Below, piece after piece: positions 1 through 13,306 of a stretch of DNA of 64,000 bases. Positions within the stretch are counted from its first letter, which is position 1; each line of letters starts with the position of its first letter. Position numbers and translations under genes: made by a program. Source of the stretch: Azolla caroliniana (Eukaryota; Plantae; Polypodiophyta); the NCBI GenBank assembly GCA_043228905.1, contig JBHGNT010000017.1:13330001-13394000 (forward strand), in the 5' to 3' direction. The notes beneath the pieces are model-generated. The model made no database searches, was not told the origin of the DNA, and worked only from the letters and a program-made list of their open reading frames with translations.

Positions 1-2062
1 TACGCATGAATGACACATGGGATATCGTTCCCCACTCACCGCACAGGAAGGCGATCGGAAGTAGATGGATCTACAAGGTGAAGTATAATGCTGATGACTC
101 CTTCAACCACTACAAAGCTCGACTCGTAGCGAAAGGATACACACAAACACATGGAGTTGACTATGAAGAGACCTTTGCCTTGGTGGCAAAGATGACAACG
201 GTGTGGACCGTGATCGCACTTGTAGCGGCAAAAGGGTGGCACCTCCACCAAATGGACGTCAAGAACGGCTTTCTTCAAGGCGAATTAGACGAGGAGGTGT
301 ACATGGTACAACCACTCGACTTCGAATCGCGCATTTATCCAAAAGCCGTATGCCAACTCAAGAAGCCACTCTACGGCCTCAAGCAAGCACCGCGTGCTTG
401 GCATTCGAAGATTACACAATATCTTCATCAAATCGGCTTTCGAATGTCGAAATCCGACAACTCCCTCTACGTACGACACAACTCTAGAAGCTTAATTGTC
501 ATCATCCTATACATGGATGATCTGGTGATTGGAGGTGAAAGTCTAGTCGACATCAACAAGGTCAAGTCCCTCCTCTCCGGAAAATTCGAGATAACGGACA
601 TGAAGGAGCTCCATTACTTCCTTGGCATCGAAGTAATTCGGATTCCGACCGGCATTATGATCTCTCAACGGCACTACATCCTCAACTCGTTATACAAGTT
701 CGGGATGACGGAGTGCAAATAGGTTGCTACGCCTCTCGATCGAAACCTCAAACTAGTTGATGACTCCGACACAGATGAGTGCGAACCGACCCAATATCGT
801 CAACTGATCGGGAGCCTCATCTATCTCACGATCACTCGACCCGACCCTAGCTATCCAGTCGGACTCCTTAGCCAATTCATGCAAACTCCGCGAGATATCC
901 ATTTTGATTGCGCTAAGCGAGTATTATGATACGTAAGCGGCACAATGGATTATGACGTTCTCTACGCATCGACCACACCAATACGACTCGAAGGGTACAC
1001 AGACGTGGACTCGGTAGGCTACAAAGCCGATCGACGATCAACCTCCGGATTTGTCTTCTCGCTCGGTAGCGGAGCAATATCTTGGAGTAGTAAGAAGGAA
1101 CCTACCGTCGCACTTTCAAGTACGGAGGCCAAATACAAGGGTGCAACCGTAGCTGCATGTGAAGCCGTATGGCTCAAGAGGATTTTGAAGGATCTGGGTG
1201 TCCCCATCAAGGATCCGACTCCCATTTACTGCGACAACATGAGTAGTATATATCTGGCTCGGAACCTGGTGTTCCACGCACACACAAAGCATATCGAAGT
1301 ACACTATCACTTCTTTCGAGAGCGCGTACATGCCGGAGATGTCGACCTTCAACACATCAACACGAATCTTCAGATGACCGACATCTTCACCAAAGCCTTA
1401 GGAGCTGACAAGCTTCGACAATTCATGTTAGACCTTGGATTGACGATCCCTGACTTGCCAAGCTTGAGGGGGAGTACAAGCGAGAATCAGATACCGTCCG
1501 AACCAGGTACGAGCCGAAGCGGACACCGGAGATCGTTCGAACCGGATACCAACTGAAGCGGACATCAATCGAAAGGAACCAACCCGAGTTGAGCTTGAGG
1601 GGGTGTGTTGAGAATCAAGCTCAACATAGCACAACGTGTGAACACACCTTTTGAGAATCTATGATTACTCAAAGGTCAAGAGTCACACCACTACTCTCTA
1701 CACATTAACTATGTGTCATAGAATCATATTCTATGACACATAACTAATGAGTTACATATTCCCCATGACTGTGAGTCTTCACATTCCCCAAGAGAGAGAG
1801 TGGTTGTTGTAAGTTAATGAAGAGAGAGGGTGACTCTATATAAAGCACCCTCCTCATACTTCATACTAAGTTGGTTGTGATTCCTTGTAATGCTACATTT
1901 TCATTTATCATATTGTCCTTGTTAATATACATATCCTTCTTCTTGAGTACTTCATTTTTGTCTCTTATCCATCTTGTGTTTCTCTCCTCTCCTCTTTCCT
2001 CTCACAAATACACATAACACACATCTCTTCCGCTACACAAGAATCACCATTGATTCTTTACA
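1..2062 (+). mobile_element. Ty1/copia LTR retrotransposon, 3' part (RT, RNase H, PPT, 3' LTR); degenerate
   Basis: ORF 6-722 has copia RT motifs (YKARLVAKGYTQ, QMDVKNGFL, LYGLKQAPRAW, LYMDDL). ORF 945-1556 is RNase H (ALSSTEAKY, HTKHIEVHYHF). Stops at ~720 and ~928 interrupt the frame. PPT GAGGGGGTG precedes TGTTG at 1606. Confidence 0.95.
1606..2062 (+). repeat. 3' LTR of the copia element
   Basis: Starts TGTTG right after the PPT, has a TATA box (CTATATAAAG ~1836) and a CT-rich U5, and ends TTCTTTACA like the related LTR ending at 23467. The right boundary is inferred. Confidence 0.75.
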
Positions 2063-2083
2063 ACCCACCAAACTATATATTTC

Positions 2084-2107
2084 AGAGAGAGAGAGAGAGA
2101 GAGAGAG
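2084..2107. repeat. (AG)n microsatellite
   Basis: Seen directly. Confidence 0.95.
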
Positions 2108-2639
2108 GAGGTCGCGTACATAAGCATGTGTGTAAATAGGTATTATCCAAGCATTCAAATAGCCATGTTGCATAGTAATAGAATATATTTGCCATCCTCC
2201 AATGGTTCACCTTGCTTGCATGTGTTGGAAGGTGGTGTAGTGGAGTCTTATTTTGATACTTAAAACTTACTTCTGAGACCATAATGTCCATAATAGTAGA
2301 GAGAGAAGTGACGTAACTACTAAATCACAACATCGTTTTGATCCTACTTAATCGTTGAAAGAGAGGAGAAAAGAACATATTGACCATATAATTTCTAAAG
2401 CAACAATGCATATTTTACTATTCAATGGGCATAACAATAATATTTCACTAGTTATATAGTTTCAATTTCAATGATCTTGATGTCTTACAAAATGTAAAAG
2501 CAATGAGTTCTAATAAAGATTGAAAGAAAATGTAGAAATGTACGTTGGGGTGTGTTTGTGTGTACATGTGGACAAATTAGCTAGGAAGTAGTATCTAACA
2601 AGGCATATGAAGATGAGAATATCATAGTATAATATCAAG

Positions 2640-3250
2640 AAAAAAATCCATTAAGGAGCTGGACATATGAATGATAATCACACATGCCTCTGACAATGGC
2701 CTAAGAAACAACAAGGTTTTACTTCAAGGGCTTATATAGGATTGTCTCTATAGATGCTACATGACAAACATCCAACAACATGTGTTGGCTATTGCACAAG
2801 CTACAAAACAAAACTTGACCTTAGTCTCAACCTAATGTAGTTTTGTTGAGAGTTGATTATTGAAAACTCATGTTTCCCTTTAAGAATCACCCTAAAGATG
2901 TGGCATGTGGCTAGTTTTCCTTCATTACCCAGTAAATATCATTATCCACAAGTGTAGTTTGGATTTTATGTGGCCTTATGTTTCAACAAAGTCTTTCCTT
3001 GCCAACTACCAAAAGGTGGAGTATTCTCAATCACCAACACTCCCTCACACATGAATACATCTACCATCTTACATAGTCTTCGTATGCATGGATTTTGAAT
3101 CTACTTCTTTGCCAAATGTGTTGTGAACTTTTTGGTAGTCTCAACAAATTGTTAATATGGCATCTATAAATCAATGTTGTAATCTTTCAAATATAAATTC
3201 AAGATATGGAATCTAATTTTGCACACACATATCAAGCATAGAAATTAAAA
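2640..3250 (-). pseudogene. Possible highly decayed LINE 3' remnant
   Basis: The broken minus-strand translation loosely resembles the C-terminus of plant LINE ORF2 (RLETK, Cys/His pattern). No clean ORF. Confidence 0.2.
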
Positions 3251-6200
3251 TGTTTTGACTTTCAATTTAAAACAATTTTCTAGTTAACTCAAATAAAAAA
3301 TCAATGCTTTTGTAGAGGCTTTGTTTGGATAATAGATACAATAAGGCTTGCATGATGAGTGAGAATGAGAGTGAGTGTGAGTGAATGTGAGCATGCATGA
3401 TGATAGTTGGCATGAAAGTGAGTATATAGCTTTTCATTTTGAAATATGAAGTTTCTTAATGGAAAAGTTATTCAACTTTTGTTCCTATCTAGTATACCAT
3501 GTACAACATTCATAAATCAAATTGAGTATGCTACACAAGCCATCCCTAGCCAATAAACTTATCACTCATAATAAACTTTTAAGTGCATACATGCACTGAT
3601 AACTTGTCACCTAAATATTCATTCAGTCCTTGTTGACACATTTAGATTATCGTATACTGTATGTTAACTCCATAATATATTTCATTGATCATCTTGGACA
3701 TGTAATAATGCAGTAGAGGTCCAAGAGTTTTTTCACAAGCTCTAGTTTCATTAATGAAACATGCGAAAAAGTACACATAATGTGTCCAAATTTTTGTACT
3801 CCCATGCTTCATGTAGGCGTTTTCATCACGGGTCACTAACCTACGATTTCCAAATGCCATGAGCTTTGTGTCTCAAATCAGATATTGAGTGGAGATGTTT
3901 GTTGATGAAGGTGATGTGAGAAGGCAAAACAAATTGGGAATGAGGAGACAATAATTAGTGATATAAGGCAAAATATTGGACTACGATGGAATGGGGATAT
4001 AAATGCAGTGATTGACTACATGTGCTGATTAGACTTTAGTAAGCATGTACGTTAAACATGGAATGACCTTGAGCTAGCAATTAAGCACATACATAAAGCA
4101 TTTGATGGTCAACCTAAGACCAATATGCCATTGAGGTGCCCTCAGTGAGGTTAGGATGTCCTCATCATGAGTAACCACGTAGTGAGCGTGTGCATATGGC
4201 AAGCAATGTACCATATGGTTGGAGGATGATTAAATGTGTTTAAACACCCTCACATATATGTGTGTTGAAGGTAGTATTGTCACATGCATGCAATTATCAA
4301 TATAACCAAGTTTAAAAGGACATGACTAGGAAGGTGGTGCCCTCAACCTTCAAGAAATTTTTTAGAATGTTTATTTTATGCACAATTGTTGACGGCATTT
4401 TTGAGTTAGCATTGCAAGGAACTTAAATTGTGTAACCAAAATACGCATGTTTCTCGATCTTTTAAATGATTTACAAAAATTATTTAGATGTATGATAAAC
4501 ACTTGTGAATGTGTGTATCTGTTTACTTGTAACCTAGGAGTTACTAATGCATGCATCTAGCATTTTTAGATTTGTAAGAAAACACTATTATATGATTGAT
4601 TACATCTCACATGAAAGGAACAATTAGAAATTATAGTTGCTAATTTAGTCTCAAAGTATGTAGTTGCTAGCTTAATTAATACAAGTCCTACAATGTGACA
4701 TGGTAGTCATAACATAATAATTTTTTCTATCCACTATAATGTTGTCTAGTGATCCTATAGTAGTAATAATAGAGTAGAGGGAATGCGCTTACTGTCAGCT
4801 TGATTTTTCCGGAAAAAATGGATAGTGTTATTTGTCTACAAATGTGTACTAACTCACTCTTACACATTAACAAAACTGTCATTTTCTAATCTAACCTTTT
4901 AGACTCTTTATATTTGCTTGGAAACCTTCAATCAAGGGGTTTCAAACAAAACAATGTTAAGAATTTAGAACAATTCCATTGGCACTCAACCATGCGTAGA
5001 GCCCGGCCAGAAGAAGTTGGAGGAGCAGGTACAACAAGTGCAAAATCTAAGGGAGTTGCTCACTCTTCAGAAAAATGTTTGGGCTCACCTTGGTGACGGA
5101 GCCGATTGTATAAAGCTCTTCGTATGGAAAATGTCGAAACCATATTATCTAGCAGTATCGTTAAGAGATACACACACCTACAAATGAATAAATGCTTTCA
5201 CACGTACATATGTAAAATGTATACCACAAAGACATTTGAAAGTGAACGTTCCAAATTGTACACACACATGTACATGTATATGTACAATAGTGTAGAGGAA
5301 AATTTGATTGTAGAAAAGTAAGATCTCTGCATATAGTTGATGGATATGTACTATGAATATTTTTCTTAACACTAACATTTAGATGCCAACATGGATATTT
5401 GCTACTAGATGAATATTCAGATAAAACATTTCTACCATGTGCAGCTAGAATTCGATGATGACTGTATCAACACCATATTTAACTTTACCTGTTGACGAAT
5501 GTAGTTGCATATCTAGACACATAGAAGAAATAGAATCTCCTTTCCATTCATCACAATCATGCCTAACATCATAATATATAATATTGTTTTAGACCATCAA
5601 CTAGACATTCTTTAAGCTCACATACCAACATTAAACTTTAGGTGTTTGGATTAGCAATGGTATCTTAATGGTCACCAAGTTTTCATATTCACCAGTGATT
5701 CATTACATGGTGTATAATTAGAATAGTGGTATCTAAAACTTCATTCTACATTGACCTTTATTGCTATGGAGGTAATGTACATACCGTAGTTCATGTGTAT
5801 ATGGTTGTTGAATACGCGTCAAATTATCTAGAAACCCCTCAAATATATAGTGTCGTTAACACAAACTAATCATGAAGATACCTTTATTCTTGCACTAGTA
5901 TTTGACATGTCACACTCTTCATCCCTTGAATTCTATTCTAATCTAAAAGATTTTGGAGAAGAGAATGGTCTTGACATGATGGATATTGTTTATGCCCCAA
6001 AAATCAACACATGACAATTATGTCATGGAAACACACTTTATCTTCTTCTTGCTCCACCCACAAAAAGGGGATTGTGTCCACTATTCCATTAACTTACCTC
6101 TTTTTAGGTTGAGTTATCCACAACTTGTGAGGAACACCCTACACAAACCACATTAGACTTGATAACGGGTTCGGTAAATACCATGTTATCACTTATGGCA

Positions 6201-7161
6201 TCTCGAAGCTCATGGCATATTACCATCTCATGCCCATGTCTACAATATTCTTGATTCTTGGTCTATTGGTATTGTGGATCAATCTCAATATTCACTCAAA
6301 GTTATAATGTATATAGATGTTTGAAATGGCATAGCCTTGCAAAGTAGTACCTTATTGATATATTGGAGCCTAGGTCTTATTTCCCATGTTTATCTACATC
6401 CTCACGCCAACATGTTTGGTTTCCCTTAAACAATCTTGAGGATCCTTTACCATCTATGTTTATAAGATGCATGTTGGTATCACAATGTCAGGTGACCCCT
6501 AATTAGGTTAGTGTAACCGTCATGGAAAGGAAAAACGCATATTCAAGCAGGATTCATAATTTTATCATCGATTTACCTCAAAGGTATCTACATGCATAAC
6601 ACACATTTATACAACAAATGTTTATGTGAGAATAACTTGGTGTATAAGCATCAAATCTTTATGTGTATTAAGAACCACGATACTAGAACATTCTCGTAAA
6701 GTGGACATAGATGTAATAATGAAATGAATAGCCATTTCTTTTACACTAGGGATAGAAGATTGTCACATTCCTAGATTCCTTTATGATTATCTATGTGCCA
6801 AAAGATTAAGTAGGGTCCCTCACGCACTAGGCTAGTGATAGTGTATGAGAGAATATGACATAAGCGTCCGAATTGTTGCTATATAAAAGACCCATACTCA
6901 AGTACTTGCACATTGATGTTGTACAAACAAGAAATGGTGCGATACTTTCAAGCCATGTGCATTGCCCGTCTTGATATATTTTGTAATCTTCCGAGCTCAA
7001 GGAAACCATGATTTTACATGCCTTGTACCATGTGGCCATAGTGGAAACGTGGACGGTATTGTCTAAAGATACTTTTCATTATTATGAGGGTGTGAAGTGG
7101 TTACTTGTGGTATGATGATATAGTCAAAAAAGGGGTTTAGGGAGGATAATCTAATTGACAA

Positions 7162-7235
7162 ACGAATCAATCGATTTTTGTAAATGTGACCAAGAAAATT
7201 CGTGGACGAATCAATCGATTTTTGTAAATGTGACC
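7162..7235. repeat. 30-bp direct repeat x2 (ACGAATCAATCGATTTTTGTAAATGTGACC)
   Basis: Copies at 7162-7191 and 7206-7235. Confidence 0.9.
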
Positions 7236-7808
7236 CATTTAGTGCACATAAATATATATTCTAATGGCCACATAATGTAGAAGATAGAGCATGTGGGCAC
7301 TCAACTAGGGATAGTTTTTGAAATGATGTTGGTGGAATCACCGAGGATCATTCAAATGATAAGCATAAGTTGTTTGCAAGGGAGTGGTCAAAATCGAGCG
7401 TGAAGGAACCTTGATTTATTCTATGATGATAATAAAAGTGGAAAAAGGGGAAAGAAATGTAATGGGTGTGTTCAAAATGTTGGATATGTTATATGGATAT
7501 CAAAGTATGTGGTTTGGTTTGAGAAAACACACTCGTGCACCCATGTTGTTTCACCAATCACATCAAGGAGATATACATGGGGCTCTAGGGGGGACTCTCT
7601 TTCTTTTTATTAATGATTCAAGAACCTTAGAAATCCAAGGTAGCGTAAAAGTTGCTCCAGACTCCAGGTGCCCACCAATTTGCAGGGAGACATGATTAGG
7701 TGTGTCCCCCAATTATTCCCACTCGCCAAACTTCCACTTTTAACACATTGTAACTCGCGAACAAAGTTCTAGTGTACAATCTACAGATCCTTTAATGCGT
7801 TGCACAAA

Positions 7809-7893
7809 GAATATCCCTCCCCCTCCCCCCCCTCTCCAACACACATGCACACCCGTCCTTTCCATTTTCTATAGCTCATTTCATTGCATATTC
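7809..7893. promoter_or_regulatory. Two P1BS (GNATATNC, PHR1-binding) motifs upstream of the HHO gene
   Basis: GAATATCC at 7809-7816 and GCATATTC at 7886-7893, about 580 and 500 bp upstream of the ATG. Confidence 0.5.
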
Positions 7894-8389
7894 ACTACAT
7901 ACCGTTAAATAAAAAAACTCGAAATTCCATCAAATAACAATTTCTTCTTCTTGTTTTTGTTCTTAATTTTCTCAACTTCATTTGAGGCAAATCATTGTTG
8001 AAGATTATGAGCTCAATTGAGTATCTCTTGGGGGGCTTAACTAAGTGTAGTGCCACACACACATACTTAGAGGGGTCTAAGAGAAGAAAAGGTTTATGTA
8101 TACTCCCAAAGTATCTTTTAGAAAGAGAGAGGGAGAGAGAGAGTCCCTTGGGTGCTCATGACCCACCATTATTGTGGTCATCATTCATTCTAGGGTCACA
8201 CTACAAAACACACACAACAAGAATTGTTGGTTGATGAAGCAAACAAAAGAAACTAAAAGAGAAGAAAAGAAAAGAAAAGAAAAGAGGGGGAGGGGAGTGG
8301 GGATCAACTCCAATATCGCATTGCTTCTTGCATTGATTACATACAATTCCTGCATTTAACAAACAAGCTTACAATTTGGAACGAGAAGC

Positions 8390-9711
8390 ATGGCCATGCA
8401 GGGTGACCTTGGCCTAACCCTAGGGTTTGTTAGGGAAGATCACTGCAAGGATCTCAATGAAGACACTAATCCTAGGCCTAATGCAGTAATATCTAGGAAC
8501 CATCATGAATCCGCTTCTTCTTCGTTCGAACATATCCGACGTTCCATGCCCTCGCCCGATGCCAATTATGTAACGATTAATTACGATAATAATACTAATG
8601 CATCGAGTACCCGTACTCACCATAACCATCACGAATTTCTCCCCACTAAACTCCTGAATCACAACACCAATAACAACATTGGCCATATGTTGGGTAATGA
8701 CCATCATACTACTACTACTATTAATAATCATATAGGTATAAGCAGTGATTACCATGACACCATGATGAGCAATAACACTAATTACCATCACGGCGCAATC
8801 GTAAACGACGATAACATGGAGTGGTGCCTGCGTGCGCTCCACATGGAGCGGCTCAAGATCGAAGCTTTCCGGCGTGAGCTCCCGATGTGCATGCGGCTTC
8901 TTGATGGTGGTAAAATATATACAGCTAGCAAATGTAGCAGCTATTTTTCATTCATATTCTTGGTATTGAATTAGTTGTTGTATGCTTAAATTCTGATGAT
9001 GCTGGGGCTGGTTTTGTTTTTCTGATGTTTTTTTGCTAAAACAATTATAATTCTCTAATTAATATATGCTGCATCAGCCATATCAGCCACCACAGCTAAG
9101 CTTAATGCCACTAATAGCAATGCACCATCATCCATCAACTACATGCAATTATATGATGCAGATAATGATGCTAATAGCACCCATAATGATAACACAGACT
9201 ATAATAACAACAGTAATATCAGTCATGATGAGGATGATCATCGTCATCGTCGTCATCGTCATCGTGATGTCGATGGTGATGGTGATGGTGATGGTGATGG
9301 GTCCATCATGATATTGAAGCCAAGACATCCTACAATCAATATGTCAAGCTCATTCTTATCTAATTTGAATATCATGAAGTCTAGTAGTAGCCCATTAGCA
9401 TTACCAATATCATCTAGCTCATGTCAACATGCAACTACCGCGATGACCATGGCGGTAGCGGCGGCGGTAGGTGGCCCTACAGAAGGAGGGGCTGCTGCTC
9501 CCAATGGCGGCGTTGTCGGGGGCGGGGGCGGGGGCGGGGCCGGAGTCAACCGCAAGCCTCGGAGATGTTGGTCCCCTGAGCTGCATCAACTCTTCTTGCA
9601 TGCTCTCCATAGGCTTGGTGGCCCTCAATGTATGCATCCCTCTCCTCTTTCACTCCATTTTGCCCTTCTCTTTTCATTCTTCTAATGGGCCTCCATGTGG
9701 TTATACTAACT

Positions 9712-9753
<42 letters not shown>

Positions 9754-11164
9754 TTAGTGGTAGGAGACATATTAGTCTAGTACGAAGAGTAGTAGTAGGA
9801 GTTATGTTAGTGCTAAGACTCATATTGGTCTAATAAGTTGGTACAACTACTACTAGGATTGATTTATCCCAAAGAAGGATGTGTCGCCAAATTAGGATGT
9901 GCCCCCCCTTCCCCCCCACACACACAACACACCCTTGTGTTGAGTATCCAACTTATACTTCATATGACCTCAAGTTCTCCAAACACTAATTTTGCACGAC
10001 CATCTCAAGCTATATAATATGACTCCGCGTGTTGCCGTCTTAACCTCTTTAAGTTTCGTTCGGACCTAATATTTCTCCAAAGTGTTGCATAAACAATGAA
10101 TTTTGGTTACCCTTCCATTACGTGATTAATTTCCACATGACTTCTCCTCATTCTTGATGCTCACATCGTGACGATATAATTGTTACACCTTCCTCTCTAA
10201 TCAAATTTACCCTCTTCCATTAATTCTAGTAGCATTAAGCTTAGATTTCACTAGATATAAGTCGATATATTGGTGATGTTGACCACCTGACTAGACTTTA
10301 ATGTCCTAGTCAAGTCTCTTCATCCATGACTAATGACCATGATATGCATATCATATTGGATTGACAAAAGGCAATATGTAATATGCTTAACCTCTTCATC
10401 CATGACTAATGACCATGATATGTATATAATATTTGATTGACAAAAGGCAATATGTAATATGCTTAGTTCTGACAACCTAATCAATTAATTGTACTTATAA
10501 CACTATTACCGTTTATAATTGACGCCTTAGATTATATATAGATAAAATTCAAGTTTTTAAATATAGCCACAGACTAGTTGAGAACTAAAATAAAATTCTT
10601 CACAAGCCTACTCAAGTTATAAAAGCACTTAATTTTGAATAGTTTTACAAACAATACCCAATAAGTGAATGTCACACCTCATGCGACCCAACATCAATTA
10701 TTTTTTGTGTCTCCTGTCATAATTGAATAAACATACAAGTATATATGCATTTAAAACATTAATTTATATTTCATGTGACCACATGTCATAGTGATGTACA
10801 ATTATAATTATAACTCAACATTAATTATACAGCTAGTGTGCAAGGTTGCAATGATCTTAATTGACCATGGATCATAGCCTCCATGCATGCAATAAAGTGT
10901 GTGCAATTGGTATTGAATCTAGCTCAATGTGCCACATGCACAACAAGATGCAATGACCGAATAATGAATGGTTCACTCTATTGCATCACCAAGTACCTAG
11001 AAATTAGCCCCTTGAGTGAGTGACCACAATGTGATTGAGTTCAAAACGACTATCCAAAACATTAAAGCAGTGCTCCAAACAAACTACATATAAAGCTTAT
11101 TATTGTTCAATGATACAAATGCACAAATAGACATTAATGTATCCCTTTACTACACCTTGTGCTC

Positions 11165-11231
<67 letters not shown>

Positions 11232-12460
11232 CACACACATATATGGTAAGCTATTTCTATTGTATGTACAATTGATCATTTTGTTTCATAATTTTATATT
11301 TTTGCCCTCCTTTGCTTTTTGTTTGTCAATAGTAGCTACCCCAAAACAAATACGCGAGCTCATGAATGTGGAAGGATTGACAAATGATGAAGTAAAGAGC
11401 CACCTTCAGGTAATTCTTATAAATTGATCATTCAAATCAAATTTAGTTCCTTTGAAATCATACACTAGATTTTTAAAAGAAAAATTAAATGTCTATGTTG
11501 TTGGCCCTCAACATGAAGGCAACATTCAGGTAATTCTTATAAATTGATCATTCAAATCAAATTTAGTTCCTTTGAAATCATACACTAGATTTTTAAAAGA
11601 AAAATTAAATGTCTATTTTGTTGGCCCTCAACATGAAGGCAACATTAAAGGACTTGCGACCTCATCACGATTACTTCTGTGAAGCCTGTCTATTCAAACT
11701 TTCAAGGAAACTTGGGTTAAATTAAAAGTAATCTTCTGGTGTATCACAATTATATTGAGCAACATATAATTAGGTCAATGTATTCAAGGAACTAGAACTT
11801 TCCATCTTTTGCAAACAACTAGCTCATGGTTTATATTGTGGCCACTTACATGTTCCTAATAGAATATCTAATGCCTTTGTTAACTAAGACTGACATGTCA
11901 TAACCTACTTTAGAATGTTCCCAACATGTTGCCTTTAGGGTACACAATGTCCTTCTATGAGGAAATGAGTCATTTCATAGCCTCAATTTACAACGTCTCT
12001 TTGGTATGATTTTGATTACTACTCCACTATTTAGACTAGTAGCTTCTAGCTTGGTTGATCAAAACATTGGTTAATAAGCACAAGTTGTCATGGACTTCCA
12101 TCTAGTCCATATATCTCATAACTTTTCTATGTCAAATATATGTTTTAATATCATTTTTTATGCATCACTAATCTTACACACTAAATCTAGCAACCAACAA
12201 TGGTTGAAACATAACAATACTGGCAATAAGTAATGTATCCTTTTTTCTATCAATATATGAAGAAATTCCGACTTCATACAAGGCGGCCAATAGTAAGCTC
12301 GAGTTGCAATGAAGCACATCAACAACCACATCACTTGGTTTTGTTTGGAGGGATATGGGTTCCCACTAGCCCAGTTGAGCAATCATCATCACCACATCAA
12401 CAATCCACATCCATGGGCGCCTATGCTTGTGGCACATCACTTCCACCTGAAGCTGAATAA
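8390..12460 (+). CDS. HRS1/HHO/NIGT1-family GARP (G2-like MYB, SHAQKY-class) transcriptional repressor; exons 8390-8909, 9078-9629, 11333-11409, 12263-12460 (448 aa)
   Basis: N-terminal LxLxL EAR-like motif (DLGLTL) and the HHO coiled-coil motif [22 protein letters not shown] domain [57 protein letters not shown] and C-terminal GGIWVP motif. All introns are GT-AG with compatible phases (total 1347 nt). Confidence 0.93.
9712..9752. repeat. (GTA)n microsatellite in intron 2
   Basis: Seen directly. Confidence 0.95.
10316..10465. repeat. ~76-bp tandem duplication in intron 2
   Basis: CTCTTCATCCATGACTAATGACC...AATATGCTTA at 10316 and 10392, about 3 mismatches. Confidence 0.9.
11166..11228. repeat. 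(AC)n microsatellite in intron 2
   Basis: Seen directly. Confidence 0.95.
11405..11646. repeat. 120-bp tandem duplication including the exon-3 splice donor
   Basis: 11405-11524 vs 11525-11644, one mismatch seen. Confidence 0.95.
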
Positions 12461-13306
12461 AATTATAACGCAATCTTACACCAACTGTGTCATAAAGATA
12501 TTGTTGTAGATTAGGGAGCCTCCAAGTTTGCGGTGGTGCACGTGCTAGAGTTCAAAAAACATGTCATGTGAACATAGCACACCGAAAAATGGGTCATGCA
12601 TAAAATGAAACTTGGGGGACAAATTTATAATGCATATAAATTGTAAAGCTCTAACAATGAGATATCTATATGTATGCCTCTGTGATGTGGTACTACCATA
12701 CACATGTGTGCATGTGTATATGTATATATTCGAAGTATCCAATGTATTGGAATTGTTATTCTTTACTTAAATATGGGTGATTTATTGTAAGTGAGGGAAA
12801 TTTTCCAAAAAATTCCCCACTCTACTCCTATAATAAGGGGCTTGTTCACCACATCAACAATCCACATCCATGGGCGCCTATGCTTGTGGCACATCACTTC
12901 CACCTGAAGCTGAATAAAATTATAACGCAATCTTACACCAACTGTGTCATAAAGATATTGTTGTAGATTAGGGAGCCTCCAAGTTTGCGGTGGTGCACGT
13001 GCTAGAGTTCAAAAAACATGTCATGTGAACATAGCACACCGAAAAATGGGTCATGCATAAAATGAAACTTGGGGGACAAATTTATAATGCATATAAATTG
13101 TAAAGCTCTAACAATGAGATATCTATATGTATGCCTCTGTGATGTGGTACTACCATACACATGTGTGCATGTGTATATGTATATATTCGAAGTATCCAAT
13201 GTATTGGAATTGTTATTCTTTACTTAAATATGGGTGATTTATTGTAAGTGAGGGAAATTTTCCAAAAAATTCCCCACTCTACTCCTATAATAAGGGGCTT
13301 GTTCAC
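12389..13306. repeat. 457-bp tandem duplication of the CDS end and 3' UTR
   Basis: 12389-12845 vs 12846-13302 look identical. Identical ORFs at 12545 and 13002 (offset 457). TCAC microhomology at the junction. Confidence 0.95.

Noticed and set aside
4776-7820. GAGGGA.../...TCCCTC as terminal inverted repeats of a DNA transposon
   Set aside because: Only ~6 bp match and no TSD.
8159-8180. TGACC-N12-GGTCA palindrome as an NLP nitrate-responsive element
   Set aside because: Spacing and flanks do not fit the NRE pattern as I recall it.
12545-13199. Two identical 65-aa minus-strand ORFs as a duplicated small gene
   Set aside because: A by-product of the 457-bp duplication in the 3' region, with no coding features.
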